Part shown: one piece after another, positions 1-9,882 of the stretch
Numbering within the stretch: position 1 is the stretch's first letter
How the letters are laid out: every line of letters starts with the position of its first letter
Assembly (NCBI GenBank): GCA_017505605.1
Contig: JAFVOX010000004.1
Location: 18,479 to 82,478, forward strand
Reading direction: 5' to 3'
Length of the DNA stretch: 64,000 nucleotides
Source of the DNA: Bacteroidales bacterium
GTDB lineage: Bacteria > Bacteroidota > Bacteroidia > Bacteroidales > UBA932
Notes under the pieces: generated by a model
What the model was told of the DNA's origin: nothing
What the model saw: the letters and a program-made list of their open reading frames with translations, nothing else
Databases searched by the model: none
Translations under genes and position numbers: made by a program

Positions 1-1
1 A

Positions 2-166
2 CCTGTAGAGGAGTGGGATGGAATTCTCGTGAATGATTTTGAGGAGACGGTCTTTGCAAAGTACCCGGAACTGGCTGCAATCAAGCGCTCGCTCTATGAC
101 TGTGGAGCCGCTTATGCGAGTATGTCAGGCTCAGGATCTGCGTTGTTTGCTCTTTACAAGGCGTAA
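2..166 (+). CDS. ispE: 4-diphosphocytidyl-2-C-methyl-D-erythritol kinase, 3' end (partial)
   Basis: Manual translation: [58 protein letters not shown] and MSGSGS are IspE C-terminal motifs. Confidence 0.9.
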   Translation, partial: PVEEWDGILVNDFEETVFAKYPELAAIKRSLYDCGAAYASMSGSGSALFALYKA

Positions 167-283
167 AAACGTTAAAGAAAAAGCAAAAGTTTAAAGAAAA
201 AGAAATTTGTGACGAAAGGCCGGAATATGTGACGAACATATTTCAGCCTTTCTGCTTTATTGACTTCCTTTGATGAAAAAAGA

Positions 284-1501
284 ATGGGAAGATCTGTTTT
301 TGTATTGGGTGCGGGGCTGATGCTGGCAGCTTGTGGTATCCACGAATTGGGAGAGAGTGTGAGAGATACATCGGAAGGTGTCTGGACTGGTCCTGGAATG
401 AATGTGGGGTCTGCGGATCCTGCCAAGACTGTCTGTTATATAACTGCCTTGGACTATCAGGACGGATACGACTGGCGTTCAGACAAGGAAAAGGGAAGTG
501 TCAAATGTTCCCTTGTGGTGTTTGCAGATGGGGTTCCTATGATGAAGGTCCCGGTGGGGGACGCCTACCACATAAGTTCGGATGTGGATTCGCACAGGAT
601 GATAGACGGCCATCTTTACACTGATTTCTCCACAGATGACGAGACTGTCATAAAGAAGGACGGAAGGGAGGTGTTCCGCTATCCCGGCAGGGAGTTTCTG
701 CAAGGGATGCTTGTAGACGGTGAGGATATATATACATTAGGCCATTCCCGCGAAGGAGATGGGTTTTCATATAGGAAAAATGGCGAAATCCTGCTTGAAA
801 AGGCCTCCGGCCGCACCTTTTCCCGCCTTCATCGTGACGACGGCCATATATGCTTCGCTTATTCCGAGCTCATTTCATCTGCCGGCGGAAGTGTGGAACG
901 GTACTATTGCGTAGTGGACGGTGTGCCGCAGCAGGCTGCGTTGAGGGAGGATGTCAAGAAGGTCTGGGACCTGATGTCGTCCGACGGGGAGGTGTGTTAC
1001 CTTGCTTCATTGGTCGGGGTGCAGGGACCTGTGCTTTTCCAGGGAGAAACCAAGTCTGTGCTGACTCTGTCTCAAGGGGCATCTCTCCTGACAGGGCGCC
1101 TGTCCGTGTCGCAAGGTGTGGTCTGTGTAGAGGGAGTGCTTTCCTGCCGCAATCTTGCTTTGGCCGGCATATTATGGAGATGCGATGAGCATCTGTACAC
1201 TTTCAGTCCGGGAACTACTGTAGCGTCGTGGTGTGTAGATGGAGACGGAGTGTTCTGCGTTCTGAATTCGAAGTCGCCGTCAGTGAATGGTGTCATATAC
1301 CGCTGCGGGGACATCTTCGAAGTCCCTCTCGGTTATGTCTCGGTGGGAGAAAACACTATGGCTCTGGCAAATGGCATACTGACGGTGGGACTGTCTTCTG
1401 TCAATGGCGGCTGGCCTGTCATCTGGAAGGATGGGGCCCTTGATACGATCAAGGTCAACGGCTACATTTCGTCTGTAACTGCAGGGAAACGTACGGACTG
1501 A
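284..1501 (+). CDS. Hypothetical lipoprotein, beta-rich
   Basis: Within ORF 260..1501. ATG at 284 gives MGRSVFVLGAGLMLAA-C, a lipobox. No family recognised. Confidence 0.7.
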   Translation: MGRSVFVLGAGLMLAACGIHELGESVRDTSEGVWTGPGMNVGSADPAKTVCYITALDYQDGYDWRSDKEKGSVKCSLVVFADGVPMMKVPVGDAYHISSDVDSHRMIDGHLYTDFSTDDETVIKKDGREVFRYPGREFLQGMLVDGEDIYTLGHSREGDGFSYRKNGEILLEKASGRTFSRLHRDDGHICFAYSELISSAGGSVERYYCVVDGVPQQAALREDVKKVWDLMSSDGEVCYLASLVGVQGPVLFQGETKSVLTLSQGASLLTGRLSVSQGVVCVEGVLSCRNLALAGILWRCDEHLYTFSPGTTVASWCVDGDGVFCVLNSKSPSVNGVIYRCGDIFEVPLGYVSVGENTMALANGILTVGLSSVNGGWPVIWKDGALDTIKVNGYISSVTAGKRTD

Positions 1502-1504
1502 TCC

Positions 1505-1574
1505 CGGTTGGTCGAATAAAACGGGGTGTCCGTCGAAAGAGGATGTCCTGGAAAGGGTACTTGTCTTATTTTTG
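1505..1574 (+). promoter_or_regulatory. Putative LytTR direct-repeat box plus -7 promoter of the TonB receptor gene
   Basis: GTCGAA at 1511 and 1532 (21-bp period); TATTTTTG (TAnnTTTG) at 1567-1574; LytS/LytTR pair encoded just downstream. Confidence 0.5.
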
Positions 1575-1589
1575 AAAAGCTTTAAAGAT

Positions 1590-3845
1590 ATGACAGGTAT
1601 GAAACGTATTCTATTTATGCTCGCAGCTGTATTTGCTGCTTCGGTTGTTTACGCACAGACGGATGTGGAGACGGATATAGAGGCGGAAGAAGTGGAGATT
1701 CTGGAGGCAAGTGCCGTGACAGCCCAGAAGACCCTTGTGGTTATGGACATCGACAAGATCACCTACAAGGTGGAGGATGATGTGGATTCCAGGACCAGCA
1801 CTGTTCTGGATATGCTCAGGAAGGTGCCGATGGTGTCAGTGGACGGTCAGGACAATATAACCGTGAACGGAAGTTCAAGCTTCCAGGTCTATGTTGACGG
1901 CAAGCTGAATCCGATGATATCAAGCAATCCGTCGCAGATCCTCAAGCTGATGCCGGCAAGTATGGTGAAGAATATAGAGGTAATGACAAATCCGGGTGCC
2001 AGATATGATGCCGAAGGCGTGGGTGGAGTACTTAATATCACCACCAAGACTTCGCCGGCAGGAAAATCTTCATTTGCGGATGGCCAATATGCCAGCCTGA
2101 CCCTTCAAGGGACCACAAGGGGCTATGCGGGAGGCCTGTTTTATAGCAGGCAGAAAGGGAAATGGGCCTTCAGCGTCAATGGAAATGCAACCCGTACCAG
2201 AACGGAAGGTGCGACATCGCTGATAGAAAGGATACAGAAGACGGATGCCGGAGATTTTATCACGACAGCCTCAGGGGACGCTGATGTGAGAACACCTGCA
2301 TATATAGGAAATATGAACCTGAGTTACGAGATTGATTCCTTGAATCTTATCTCAGTCAGAGCAGGATATCTGGAAAGCGACATAGTATCCAACACTATCT
2401 TCAATACCAGTTTCCGCAGTCCCGGGTTCGAGTACTCAAGCAACGGAAACAACCTTTCCGAGATACTGACAAGAGATATGACCGCAAATGTGGACTATCA
2501 GCATTCCTGGGCAGACAACCCTATGAGGTCGCTGGTATTGTCCTACCAGCTTTCCGGTACACCATATGACAATATCAATACAAATTACTTCGACAATCCT
2601 TCATCCGAGGCTTTCGGATTCGTCAGCAGCAGGTCGGACGGATACACGAATTCGGTCACTCATATAGTCCAGGCCGACTTCTCGACCCCGTTGGGCACAG
2701 ATGCTTCACACACATTGAATGTGGGGGCAAAGCTTACTGCCCGTCACAATCTTTCGGATCAGAGCAATTTTGTCTTTGACGGAAAAGACTTTGTGCACTC
2801 CTCGGACGGAAGTCTTGAGTATGACTTCTATAATGATATAGGCGCCGTCTATGCCGAATATGCAGGAAATATCGGTGCTTTCGGCTTGAAGGCGGGAGCC
2901 AGATATGAGCACACCTGGCAGAATGTCACCTATTCTGAAGGACAGGGAAAAGAATTCCGTCTGGATTATGGCAACCTTGTGCCGGTTGCAAGTGTCCAGT
3001 ACAACATCAGTCCTATGCAGAATGTCGGTCTTTCCTATAATATGAATATAAGCCGTCCGGGCATCACCTATCTCAATCCTTATGTGGACAACATTTCCAA
3101 TCCTACCACAAAGACTTATGGAAATCCGGACCTTGAGGCAGAGACCGGTCACACGATGAATGCGATATATAACTACTTCAGTCCCAAGTGGATAGTCAGT
3201 ATGACCCTGCGTCACGAATTCAAGGGGAACGGCATTTCCCAATACAGCTTCTATGACGGGGAACACATCCTGAATACGACCTATGGCAATATAGTCTCCA
3301 CTTCCACAACGGGTCTTAACGGTTTTGTGACCTGGATCCCGGGACAGAAGACTAGGGTCATCTTCAACGGTGGAGGAAGCCACACTGACATCTGGAGCAG
3401 ATCCCTGGACCAACGCAATTCGGGATGGACCTATAATGCCCTCCTGGGCTTCCAGCAGACTCTTCCCCTGGATCTGCGCTTCAGTACCAACCTGATTGCC
3501 TCTGGACGTACCGTTTCACTTCAGGGATGGACTTCCGGAATGATGATAGGTACGTTAGGTATTACGAAGAGCTTTCTTGAAGACAGGCTCAGTCTGAGTC
3601 TGACAGGACTCTCCGGTCTTACAAAGGAGATGGGAGTGAAGATAGTGAGTGTTTCGGAAGGAAAGGATTTCGTCAGCCGTACGACCACGGGTATTCCGTT
3701 GAGGCTGCTCTCCCTTAACTTGAGCTTCTCTTTTGGAAAGCAGGACAATGTAAATGTAAAGAAATCCAGAAAGACCATAGAACAGGATACCCAGCTTAAT
3801 TCGAAATCAGTGTCCGAGAGTATAGGAAGTCTTGGACAGATGTAA
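1590..3845 (+). CDS. TonB-dependent receptor / outer membrane beta-barrel protein
   Basis: Signal peptide; plug motifs LDMLRKVPMVSVDGQDNI and IEVMTNPGARYDAEGVGGVLNI; GNPDL near the barrel. Start at 1590 or 1599. Confidence 0.85.
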   Translation: MTGMKRILFMLAAVFAASVVYAQTDVETDIEAEEVEILEASAVTAQKTLVVMDIDKITYKVEDDVDSRTSTVLDMLRKVPMVSVDGQDNITVNGSSSFQVYVDGKLNPMISSNPSQILKLMPASMVKNIEVMTNPGARYDAEGVGGVLNITTKTSPAGKSSFADGQYASLTLQGTTRGYAGGLFYSRQKGKWAFSVNGNATRTRTEGATSLIERIQKTDAGDFITTASGDADVRTPAYIGNMNLSYEIDSLNLISVRAGYLESDIVSNTIFNTSFRSPGFEYSSNGNNLSEILTRDMTANVDYQHSWADNPMRSLVLSYQLSGTPYDNINTNYFDNPSSEAFGFVSSRSDGYTNSVTHIVQADFSTPLGTDASHTLNVGAKLTARHNLSDQSNFVFDGKDFVHSSDGSLEYDFYNDIGAVYAEYAGNIGAFGLKAGARYEHTWQNVTYSEGQGKEFRLDYGNLVPVASVQYNISPMQNVGLSYNMNISRPGITYLNPYVDNISNPTTKTYGNPDLEAETGHTMNAIYNYFSPKWIVSMTLRHEFKGNGISQYSFYDGEHILNTTYGNIVSTSTTGLNGFVTWIPGQKTRVIFNGGGSHTDIWSRSLDQRNSGWTYNALLGFQQTLPLDLRFSTNLIASGRTVSLQGWTSGMMIGTLGITKSFLEDRLSLSLTGLSGLTKEMGVKIVSVSEGKDFVSRTTTGIPLRLLSLNLSFSFGKQDNVNVKKSRKTIEQDTQLNSKSVSESIGSLGQM

Positions 3846-3857
3846 TACATTTGCAAT

Positions 3858-4928
3858 ATGACAGACAAGAAGACAAGATTATATACTGACCTGATACAGA
3901 TTCCTGTGTGGATCTGTGTTCTTGCGGCTCTCTCGGTAGGTTTCTTCTTTATGAGCGGCGGCACCCTGTCGATGTGGACTGCCCTGAAGGCCGGTGTCCA
4001 GAGCATCTTCTACCCCTTTGCCATATATGTGGTCAACTATTATTACCTCATCCCGAATCATTTCTTTGCCGGCAGGAAAAGAAGGTTCTATCTTGTCAAT
4101 ATTGTCATCATATTGATGATATTGTTTGTTCCGGTGCTGTTCTCATCGGATATGAAGTCCTTTGAAAAAACCGGTATAGAAGGGCTTGTCAATGGTTTTT
4201 CCATCACGAGGTTCCTGATAGGTGCGGTTGTCATAAGGATACTGCTGTATGTATGTGTGATCGCTCTGGCCATAGGAATGAAATATATGCGAAGATGGTA
4301 TGAGGAGAAGAAAAAGATAGAGGAAGACAGAAGGCGCAACATCGAGGCGGAACTTCACTGGTTGAAGAATCAGCTCAATCCTCATTTTCTTTTCAACACC
4401 CTGAACAACATATCCTCATTGGTCCGGATAGACGCCGATAAGGCACAGGAAAGCATCGCCCAACTGAGCGAACTGCTCAGATATGCCCTTTATGAAAGCA
4501 ATGTCGCAAAGGTGAAGGTGGTCGACGAGGTGGAATTTATGAGGAATTATATCAGTCTGATGTCTCTCAGATGCAGTGATAAGACCAAGGTCAACGTCAG
4601 ACTTGATCAGTTTGACGAATCGATACAGATTTCTCCGTTACTGTTCATATCATTGGTGGAGAATGCCTTCAAGCACGGCGCTTCCGCACATCTTGATTCC
4701 TTTGTCAGGATGGAGATGGGAATGGATGGAGATGATGTGATCTTCTCGTGCGAGAACTCAATAGTGCCGAAAAAGACTCAGGATTACAGTGGCTCCGGAG
4801 TGGGGCTTGAAAATCTTCGCAGAAGGCTGGAGCTCCTCTATCCGGGCAGACATTCCTTTGAGAGCTTTACCGAAGGGGAAATATATGTGGTTGTAGTAAG
4901 AATCAAAAATGTAAGGTCAGATGGGTAA
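3858..4928 (+). CDS. LytS/YehU-family sensor histidine kinase
   Basis: N-terminal TM helices; LKNQLNPHFLFNTLNNI, LVENAFKHG, GSGVGLENL. Confidence 0.92.
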   Translation: MTDKKTRLYTDLIQIPVWICVLAALSVGFFFMSGGTLSMWTALKAGVQSIFYPFAIYVVNYYYLIPNHFFAGRKRRFYLVNIVIILMILFVPVLFSSDMKSFEKTGIEGLVNGFSITRFLIGAVVIRILLYVCVIALAIGMKYMRRWYEEKKKIEEDRRRNIEAELHWLKNQLNPHFLFNTLNNISSLVRIDADKAQESIAQLSELLRYALYESNVAKVKVVDEVEFMRNYISLMSLRCSDKTKVNVRLDQFDESIQISPLLFISLVENAFKHGASAHLDSFVRMEMGMDGDDVIFSCENSIVPKKTQDYSGSGVGLENLRRRLELLYPGRHSFESFTEGEIYVVVVRIKNVRSDG

Positions 4929-5658
4929 GATAAGGTGTATAGTGGTGGATGATGAACCGCTGGCAGTGGAAATGATAGCAGGTTACGTGCGCAGAACTCC
5001 TTCCCTTGAACTTTGCGGCTGCTACACCGACTCGGTGTTGGCACTGTCGGAGGTGGGAGCGTTGAAACCGGACATAGTCTTTCTGGACATTCAGATGCCG
5101 GATATCAACGGTCTGGAGCTCTCGCGTATGCTGCCTAAGGAGACACGTGTCATCTTTACGACAGCCTTCCGCCAGTATGCCTATGAAAGCTATGAGGTGG
5201 AGGCGATAGACTATCTTCTCAAGCCTGTGCGCTACCAGAAGTTTCTTGAAGCAGTGCTCAAAGCCGAAAGGTGGGTGCAGATGCGTGACGCTTCAGCTGT
5301 ACAGCAGAATGTTTCTGAAGAGCGCAGTTCGGCCTTCCTGAAAGTTGAGGGACAGTTCCGCAACGTCGATTTCTCTGATATATTATATGTCTCGGCGATG
5401 AAAGATTATGTGATATTCAAGCTTCAGAGTGTCCCGAATCCGATCGTCGTACATATGACAATGGAAAACGTCGAAGAAATGCTTCCTTCGACGCGTTTTA
5501 TGAGAGTCCACCGTTCCTATATAGTGGCGTTGGACAAGATTTCATCCATTGACGGTAATGAGGGGATAATGATAGGAGACGAACTCATCCCTGTTTCTGA
5601 ATCCTATCGCAAGAATGTGGATGCCTTTCTGTCAGAGCATCTCTACACATCACGATAA
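4921..5658 (+). CDS. LytTR-family response regulator
   Basis: Receiver VDDEPLA...FLDIQMP...DYLLKP; LytTR FMRVHRSYIV. Confidence 0.93.
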   Translation: MGKIRCIVVDDEPLAVEMIAGYVRRTPSLELCGCYTDSVLALSEVGALKPDIVFLDIQMPDINGLELSRMLPKETRVIFTTAFRQYAYESYEVEAIDYLLKPVRYQKFLEAVLKAERWVQMRDASAVQQNVSEERSSAFLKVEGQFRNVDFSDILYVSAMKDYVIFKLQSVPNPIVVHMTMENVEEMLPSTRFMRVHRSYIVALDKISSIDGNEGIMIGDELIPVSESYRKNVDAFLSEHLYTSR

Positions 5659-6084
5659 CTGAGGATCTTCCCAAGTCAGTGTCCTGGACTGGTCAGGATT
5701 CACTTTTATGCTCACCCTCAGAGTCTCTTCCGGAAGAAGGTCTTCGATGTTCTCCGGCCACTCCATTATGCAGAGGCAACCGCTGTCAAGGTAGTCGTAG
5801 AGACCGATTTCGATTGCTTCCTGCAGCTTGTTTATCCTGTAAAAGTCGAAATGGTACATCGGGTCGCCGTCTGCCCTCATATATTCGTTGACGATGGCGA
5901 ACGTCGGTGAACCGACAGGGTCGGTCACTCCGAGAACCTTGCATATTGCTGTCGTGAATGTAGTCTTGCCTGAGCCCATAGGCGCGAAGAAGGCCACAAG
6001 AGTGTTCTCTCCGATCTTTTCGAGGAATTCCTTCGCTGCTCTGTCGAGGTCTTCTATGCCTCTTATTGTAACTTCCTGTTTCAT
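5650..6084 (-). CDS. tsaE: tRNA t6A37 biosynthesis ATPase TsaE
   Basis: MGSGKTT, SPTFAIVNEY, YHFDFYRI, EWPE motifs. Confidence 0.95.
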   Translation of the reverse strand: MKQEVTIRGIEDLDRAAKEFLEKIGENTLVAFFAPMGSGKTTFTTAICKVLGVTDPVGSPTFAIVNEYMRADGDPMYHFDFYRINKLQEAIEIGLYDYLDSGCLCIMEWPENIEDLLPEETLRVSIKVNPDQSRTLTWEDPQLS

Positions 6085-6103
6085 TCTGCAAAGATAGGAA
6101 AAA

Positions 6104-7663
6104 TCACAATAACTGCTGCTTGTCCAGGAAACGGTATGATGCCGCTTCGGTCAGGTGAGATGCAGTTATATTCTCAGCACCTTCCAGGTCGGCGATGGTT
6201 CGTGCTAACTTCAGGATACGGGAGCACGCTCTGGCCGAAAGGCCCATATGTTCTATGATTCTTTCCAGAAGCTGCTGACATTCTTTGTTCAGCGGGCAGT
6301 ACTTGTCTATCATACGGTTGGTCATTCCGGCGTTGCAGAATATTCCTTCGTCGCGGAACCTCTCCTTTTGTATTTCACGGGCCTTCATCACCCTTTCTGC
6401 GACGACGGCACTGGCTTCCGCGGGGGCCCTATTTACAAGTTTCTTCGGGTCGATGGGCTTCATCCACAGCTGTATGTCGATGCGGTCCATAATTGGGCCT
6501 GAGAGTTTGGACAGGTAGGCTATGCGTCTTGACGGGGTGCAGGTGCATTTGTCGCCTTCTCCGTAGAAGCCACAGGGACAAGGGTTTGTAGCTGCTACCA
6601 GCATAAAGTCTGCCGGGTACTCGACCTTTGTCTTCAGACGTGAAATTGTAACTTTACGGTCTTCCATAGGGGCTCTGAGTACTTCCAGGACCTTTTTTGG
6701 CGCTTCGCAGAACTCGTCTATCATCAGTATTCCGTTGTGGGCAAGCGAGATTTCTCCCGGCAGGATGTTGTCTGAGCCTCCTCCTATGAGGGCGGCGACA
6801 GAGGCACTGTAATGAGGGGCCCTGAAGGGGCGCTGCTTCATCAGACCTCTGAGTGGACTGCCCTTGCCGGCTACGGAGTAGATCTTACTTGTCTGGACAG
6901 ACTCCCGAAGACTCATTTTCGGGAGGATGGAGGCCATTGCTTTGGCCAGGGAGCTCTTTCCGGAGCCTGGAGGACCGATCATTATGACGTTGTGGCCACC
7001 GGCGGCTGCTATCTCTACTCCTCGTTTTGCTCCCTCCTGTCCTATGATTTCAGAGAAGTCCATCACGCGACCCGGGGAATCGCAGCTGTCTTCATCCTGG
7101 GGTTTTATTCCTTTTCTTTCCAGTATGCTTTCTGCAAGAAGATCCTTGCAGTCTTCTTCTCCGGATAGTATTCTCAGTACATCATCAAGATTTTCCACTC
7201 CATAGACTTCGCTGCTGCTGTACTCCACTGCTTCAAGAGCGGATGCCTGCGGGAGGATGCAGCCGCGCAGGCCCGACCGCTCGGCAAGCTCGACGGTCGG
7301 CAGCGCCCCCGGCACCTCCCTTATGGTCCCGTCCAGACCAAGTTCTCCCATTATTATATACTTGTCCAGCAGAGGAAGATCCCTCTGTCCGGAAGCAGCG
7401 ATGATTCCGAGGGCTATGGGCACATCATAGCCACTGCCCTTCTTGTGCATATCGGCAGGAGCCAGATTGATGACTATCTTTCTTCCGGGGATCTTGAACC
7501 CGAGCGACTGCAGCGAAGTGATTGTACGCAGCAGGCTTTCCTTTACAGCAGCATCAGCCAACCCCACCAGATGAATCCCTATACCCTGGGCGACATCTAC
7601 CTCAACAATGACCTTCACAGCATCAATCCCGATACACTTCGCAGAATAAATGTTTATAAGCAT
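6104..7663 (-). CDS. comM: YifB/ComM-family Mg-chelatase-like AAA+ ATPase
   Basis: INLAPAD, GELGLDG, GPPGSGKS, RPFRAPH, PGEISLAHNG, NPCPCG. Confidence 0.92.
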   Translation of the reverse strand: MLINIYSAKCIGIDAVKVIVEVDVAQGIGIHLVGLADAAVKESLLRTITSLQSLGFKIPGRKIVINLAPADMHKKGSGYDVPIALGIIAASGQRDLPLLDKYIIMGELGLDGTIREVPGALPTVELAERSGLRGCILPQASALEAVEYSSSEVYGVENLDDVLRILSGEEDCKDLLAESILERKGIKPQDEDSCDSPGRVMDFSEIIGQEGAKRGVEIAAAGGHNVIMIGPPGSGKSSLAKAMASILPKMSLRESVQTSKIYSVAGKGSPLRGLMKQRPFRAPHYSASVAALIGGGSDNILPGEISLAHNGILMIDEFCEAPKKVLEVLRAPMEDRKVTISRLKTKVEYPADFMLVAATNPCPCGFYGEGDKCTCTPSRRIAYLSKLSGPIMDRIDIQLWMKPIDPKKLVNRAPAEASAVVAERVMKAREIQKERFRDEGIFCNAGMTNRMIDKYCPLNKECQQLLERIIEHMGLSARACSRILKLARTIADLEGAENITASHLTEAASYRFLDKQQLL

Positions 7664-7675
7664 ATCCTTTCTCTC

Positions 7676-8272
7676 CTATTTACTGTTCTGACTCTTGAAT
7701 CCTATTTTCTTTCTTGGGGTGCTGTCTGAGGATGTATTTACTGCAAGTGCAGCGATAGCTTGATAGATTGTATCAATCTCTTTACGAACATCTTCTGACA
7801 CATCGTTAATAGCAGCCAGGTTTTCTTCGTCGTTACGCTCAAGGAGTTCCAGTTTGGATTTGATTACTTCTAGTTCGGCATTTAGAATTTGAGACGTATA
7901 AATACTTTTTCTGATAAAGACAAAGGTTCGGATTATTCTGATGTTGATTTCAATAGCAGAGTCTGATTTCAATACACTGCTCAACATTGCAACACCTTGT
8001 TCCGTAAATGCATAGGGCATATATTTAAGATGATGCCCTTGTCTTGTGTTTAAGGTCACAATTTGTGACCTTAAACACTCTTCGTGCGTAAGTTGAAACA
8101 TAAAATCTTCAGGGAACCTGTTTATGTTTCTTTTGACTGCCTGATTCAAGACCTTTGTCTCGACTCCATAGAGTTTTGCCAGATCCTTGTCCAGCATTAC
8201 TTTCTGTCCTCTGATCTCATATATCAATGTTTCGATTGATATATCAGTTAATTCCTTTTTTTCCTTTTCCAT
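7676..8272 (-). CDS. ORF6N (KilA-N-like) domain DNA-binding protein
   Basis: IYEIRGQKVMLDKDLAKLYGVETKVLNQAVKRNINRFPEDFMFQL...PYAFTEQGVAMLSSVL; C-terminal RKKIGF. Confidence 0.9.
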   Translation of the reverse strand: MEKEKKELTDISIETLIYEIRGQKVMLDKDLAKLYGVETKVLNQAVKRNINRFPEDFMFQLTHEECLRSQIVTLNTRQGHHLKYMPYAFTEQGVAMLSSVLKSDSAIEINIRIIRTFVFIRKSIYTSQILNAELEVIKSKLELLERNDEENLAAINDVSEDVRKEIDTIYQAIAALAVNTSSDSTPRKKIGFKSQNSK

Positions 8273-8370
8273 ACACAGACTTTTCTTTTTCCGTCAAATG
8301 TCTGCATCAAATTCGACAATTTGTTAAAGAAAAAGAAAAATGTGACGAAAAATTTGTTAAAAATAAATTT

Positions 8371-9822
8371 TTAACGTTTTATGAGGAGTTGATTATCAGG
8401 TAGATAGCTCTTTCTGTACCAGGATATGAACCAGATCAGTGCGATTATTGTGCAGGTACCTCCGATAATGTAGGACAGGGTGTGAGGGAGCGACAAACCT
8501 TCCGGAGCGATGCAGATGTAGGTCGAGCAGACCAGTGTCATCAGCAGAGCCGGCAGCAGGGCGATGTAGAAATTCTTCTTTTCACGTACAAGATAAACTG
8601 TGATTGCCCAAAGTGTGAATACCGACAGGGTCTGGTTGCACCAGGCGAAGTAGCGCCAGATGATCTTGAAACCCTCCGCGTCTTTTAGGCTGTACACCAG
8701 CACGCCGATTGTCAGCAGGAAGATAGGAATGCAGATGAGCAGTCGCTTGCCTACAGGACGCTGGTCCACCTTCAGGAAGTCGGCGGCTATCAGGCGGGCA
8801 GAACGAAGTGCGGTGTCACCGCTGGTGATAGGGGCCGCAACGATACCGAGGATAGCCAACACGCCTCCGAATGCTCCGAGCCACTCCTTCGAGATGCTTG
8901 TAGCCACAGCAGCACCCGAAAAGGCCTTGCCGGTGACCTGGTCAATGATGCCGTTCTCCTGGAAGAAGGCAGTTGCAGCTGCAGCCCAGATAAGTGCAAC
9001 TATTCCCTCGGCCACCATCGCTCCGTAGAAGATAGGTCGGCAATGCTTTTCCTTTGTGATGCAACGTGCCATAAGAGGGGACTGCGTGGCGTGGAAGCCG
9101 CTGATGGCACCGCAGGCGATGGATATGAACATCATCGGGAATATCGGATTGGACTCGTACTTGGTACCGAACCCGTTCCACATCTCAGGAAGATCAGGGT
9201 TCTTCACATATAACATCACAAGGATACCAGCCGCCATAAACAGCAGCGCTCCCGCGAAGAGGGGATACACCTTGCCTATGATCTTGTCGACGGGCAGCAA
9301 GGTCGCGAGGATATAATAAAGGAATATGACGATGATCCAGAAATATGAATTCATCCAGTCCGGAGTCATACCGGCGATGAGCTCAGCCGGACCGCTCACA
9401 AAGACAGCTCCTACCAGGATCATAAGAATCAGGGTGAAGACACCCACCACCTTCTTTGTCCTGCCGCCCAGATAGCGTCCGATGATTTCCGGAAGGCTTT
9501 CGCCACCGTTGCGGATGGACAGGGTGCCTGAAAAGAAATCGTGCACGGCACCGGCGAAAATGGTACCGAACACAATCCAGAGGTAAGATGCAGTGCCGAA
9601 CTGCGCACCCATTATCGCTCCGAAGATAGGTCCCAGACCTGCAATGTTCAGGAACTGGATCATAAAGATCTTCCAGGTAGGAAGAGGGATGTAGTCTACT
9701 CCATCCGCCATCGTTACAGCCGGAGTCTTGCGATCATCCGGACCGAAGACCTTATTGACGTAAGCACCATAAATGAAATATCCGCCTATCAGCAGCAACA
9801 GAGCAAGTGTAAAAGTAACCAT
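8371..9822 (-). CDS. cstA: Carbon starvation protein CstA-family transporter
   Basis: DGVDYIP, IAGLGPIFG, IACGAISGFHATQSP, ITSGDTA; multi-TM. Confidence 0.9.
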   Translation of the reverse strand: MVTFTLALLLLIGGYFIYGAYVNKVFGPDDRKTPAVTMADGVDYIPLPTWKIFMIQFLNIAGLGPIFGAIMGAQFGTASYLWIVFGTIFAGAVHDFFSGTLSIRNGGESLPEIIGRYLGGRTKKVVGVFTLILMILVGAVFVSGPAELIAGMTPDWMNSYFWIIVIFLYYILATLLPVDKIIGKVYPLFAGALLFMAAGILVMLYVKNPDLPEMWNGFGTKYESNPIFPMMFISIACGAISGFHATQSPLMARCITKEKHCRPIFYGAMVAEGIVALIWAAAATAFFQENGIIDQVTGKAFSGAAVATSISKEWLGAFGGVLAILGIVAAPITSGDTALRSARLIAADFLKVDQRPVGKRLLICIPIFLLTIGVLVYSLKDAEGFKIIWRYFAWCNQTLSVFTLWAITVYLVREKKNFYIALLPALLMTLVCSTYICIAPEGLSLPHTLSYIIGGTCTIIALIWFISWYRKSYLPDNQLLIKR

Positions 9823-9882
9823 ATATCCCTACTTGATGAAAAACAGACCAAATTTAAGATTTATTTCTCAAAAAAAAGAGTC

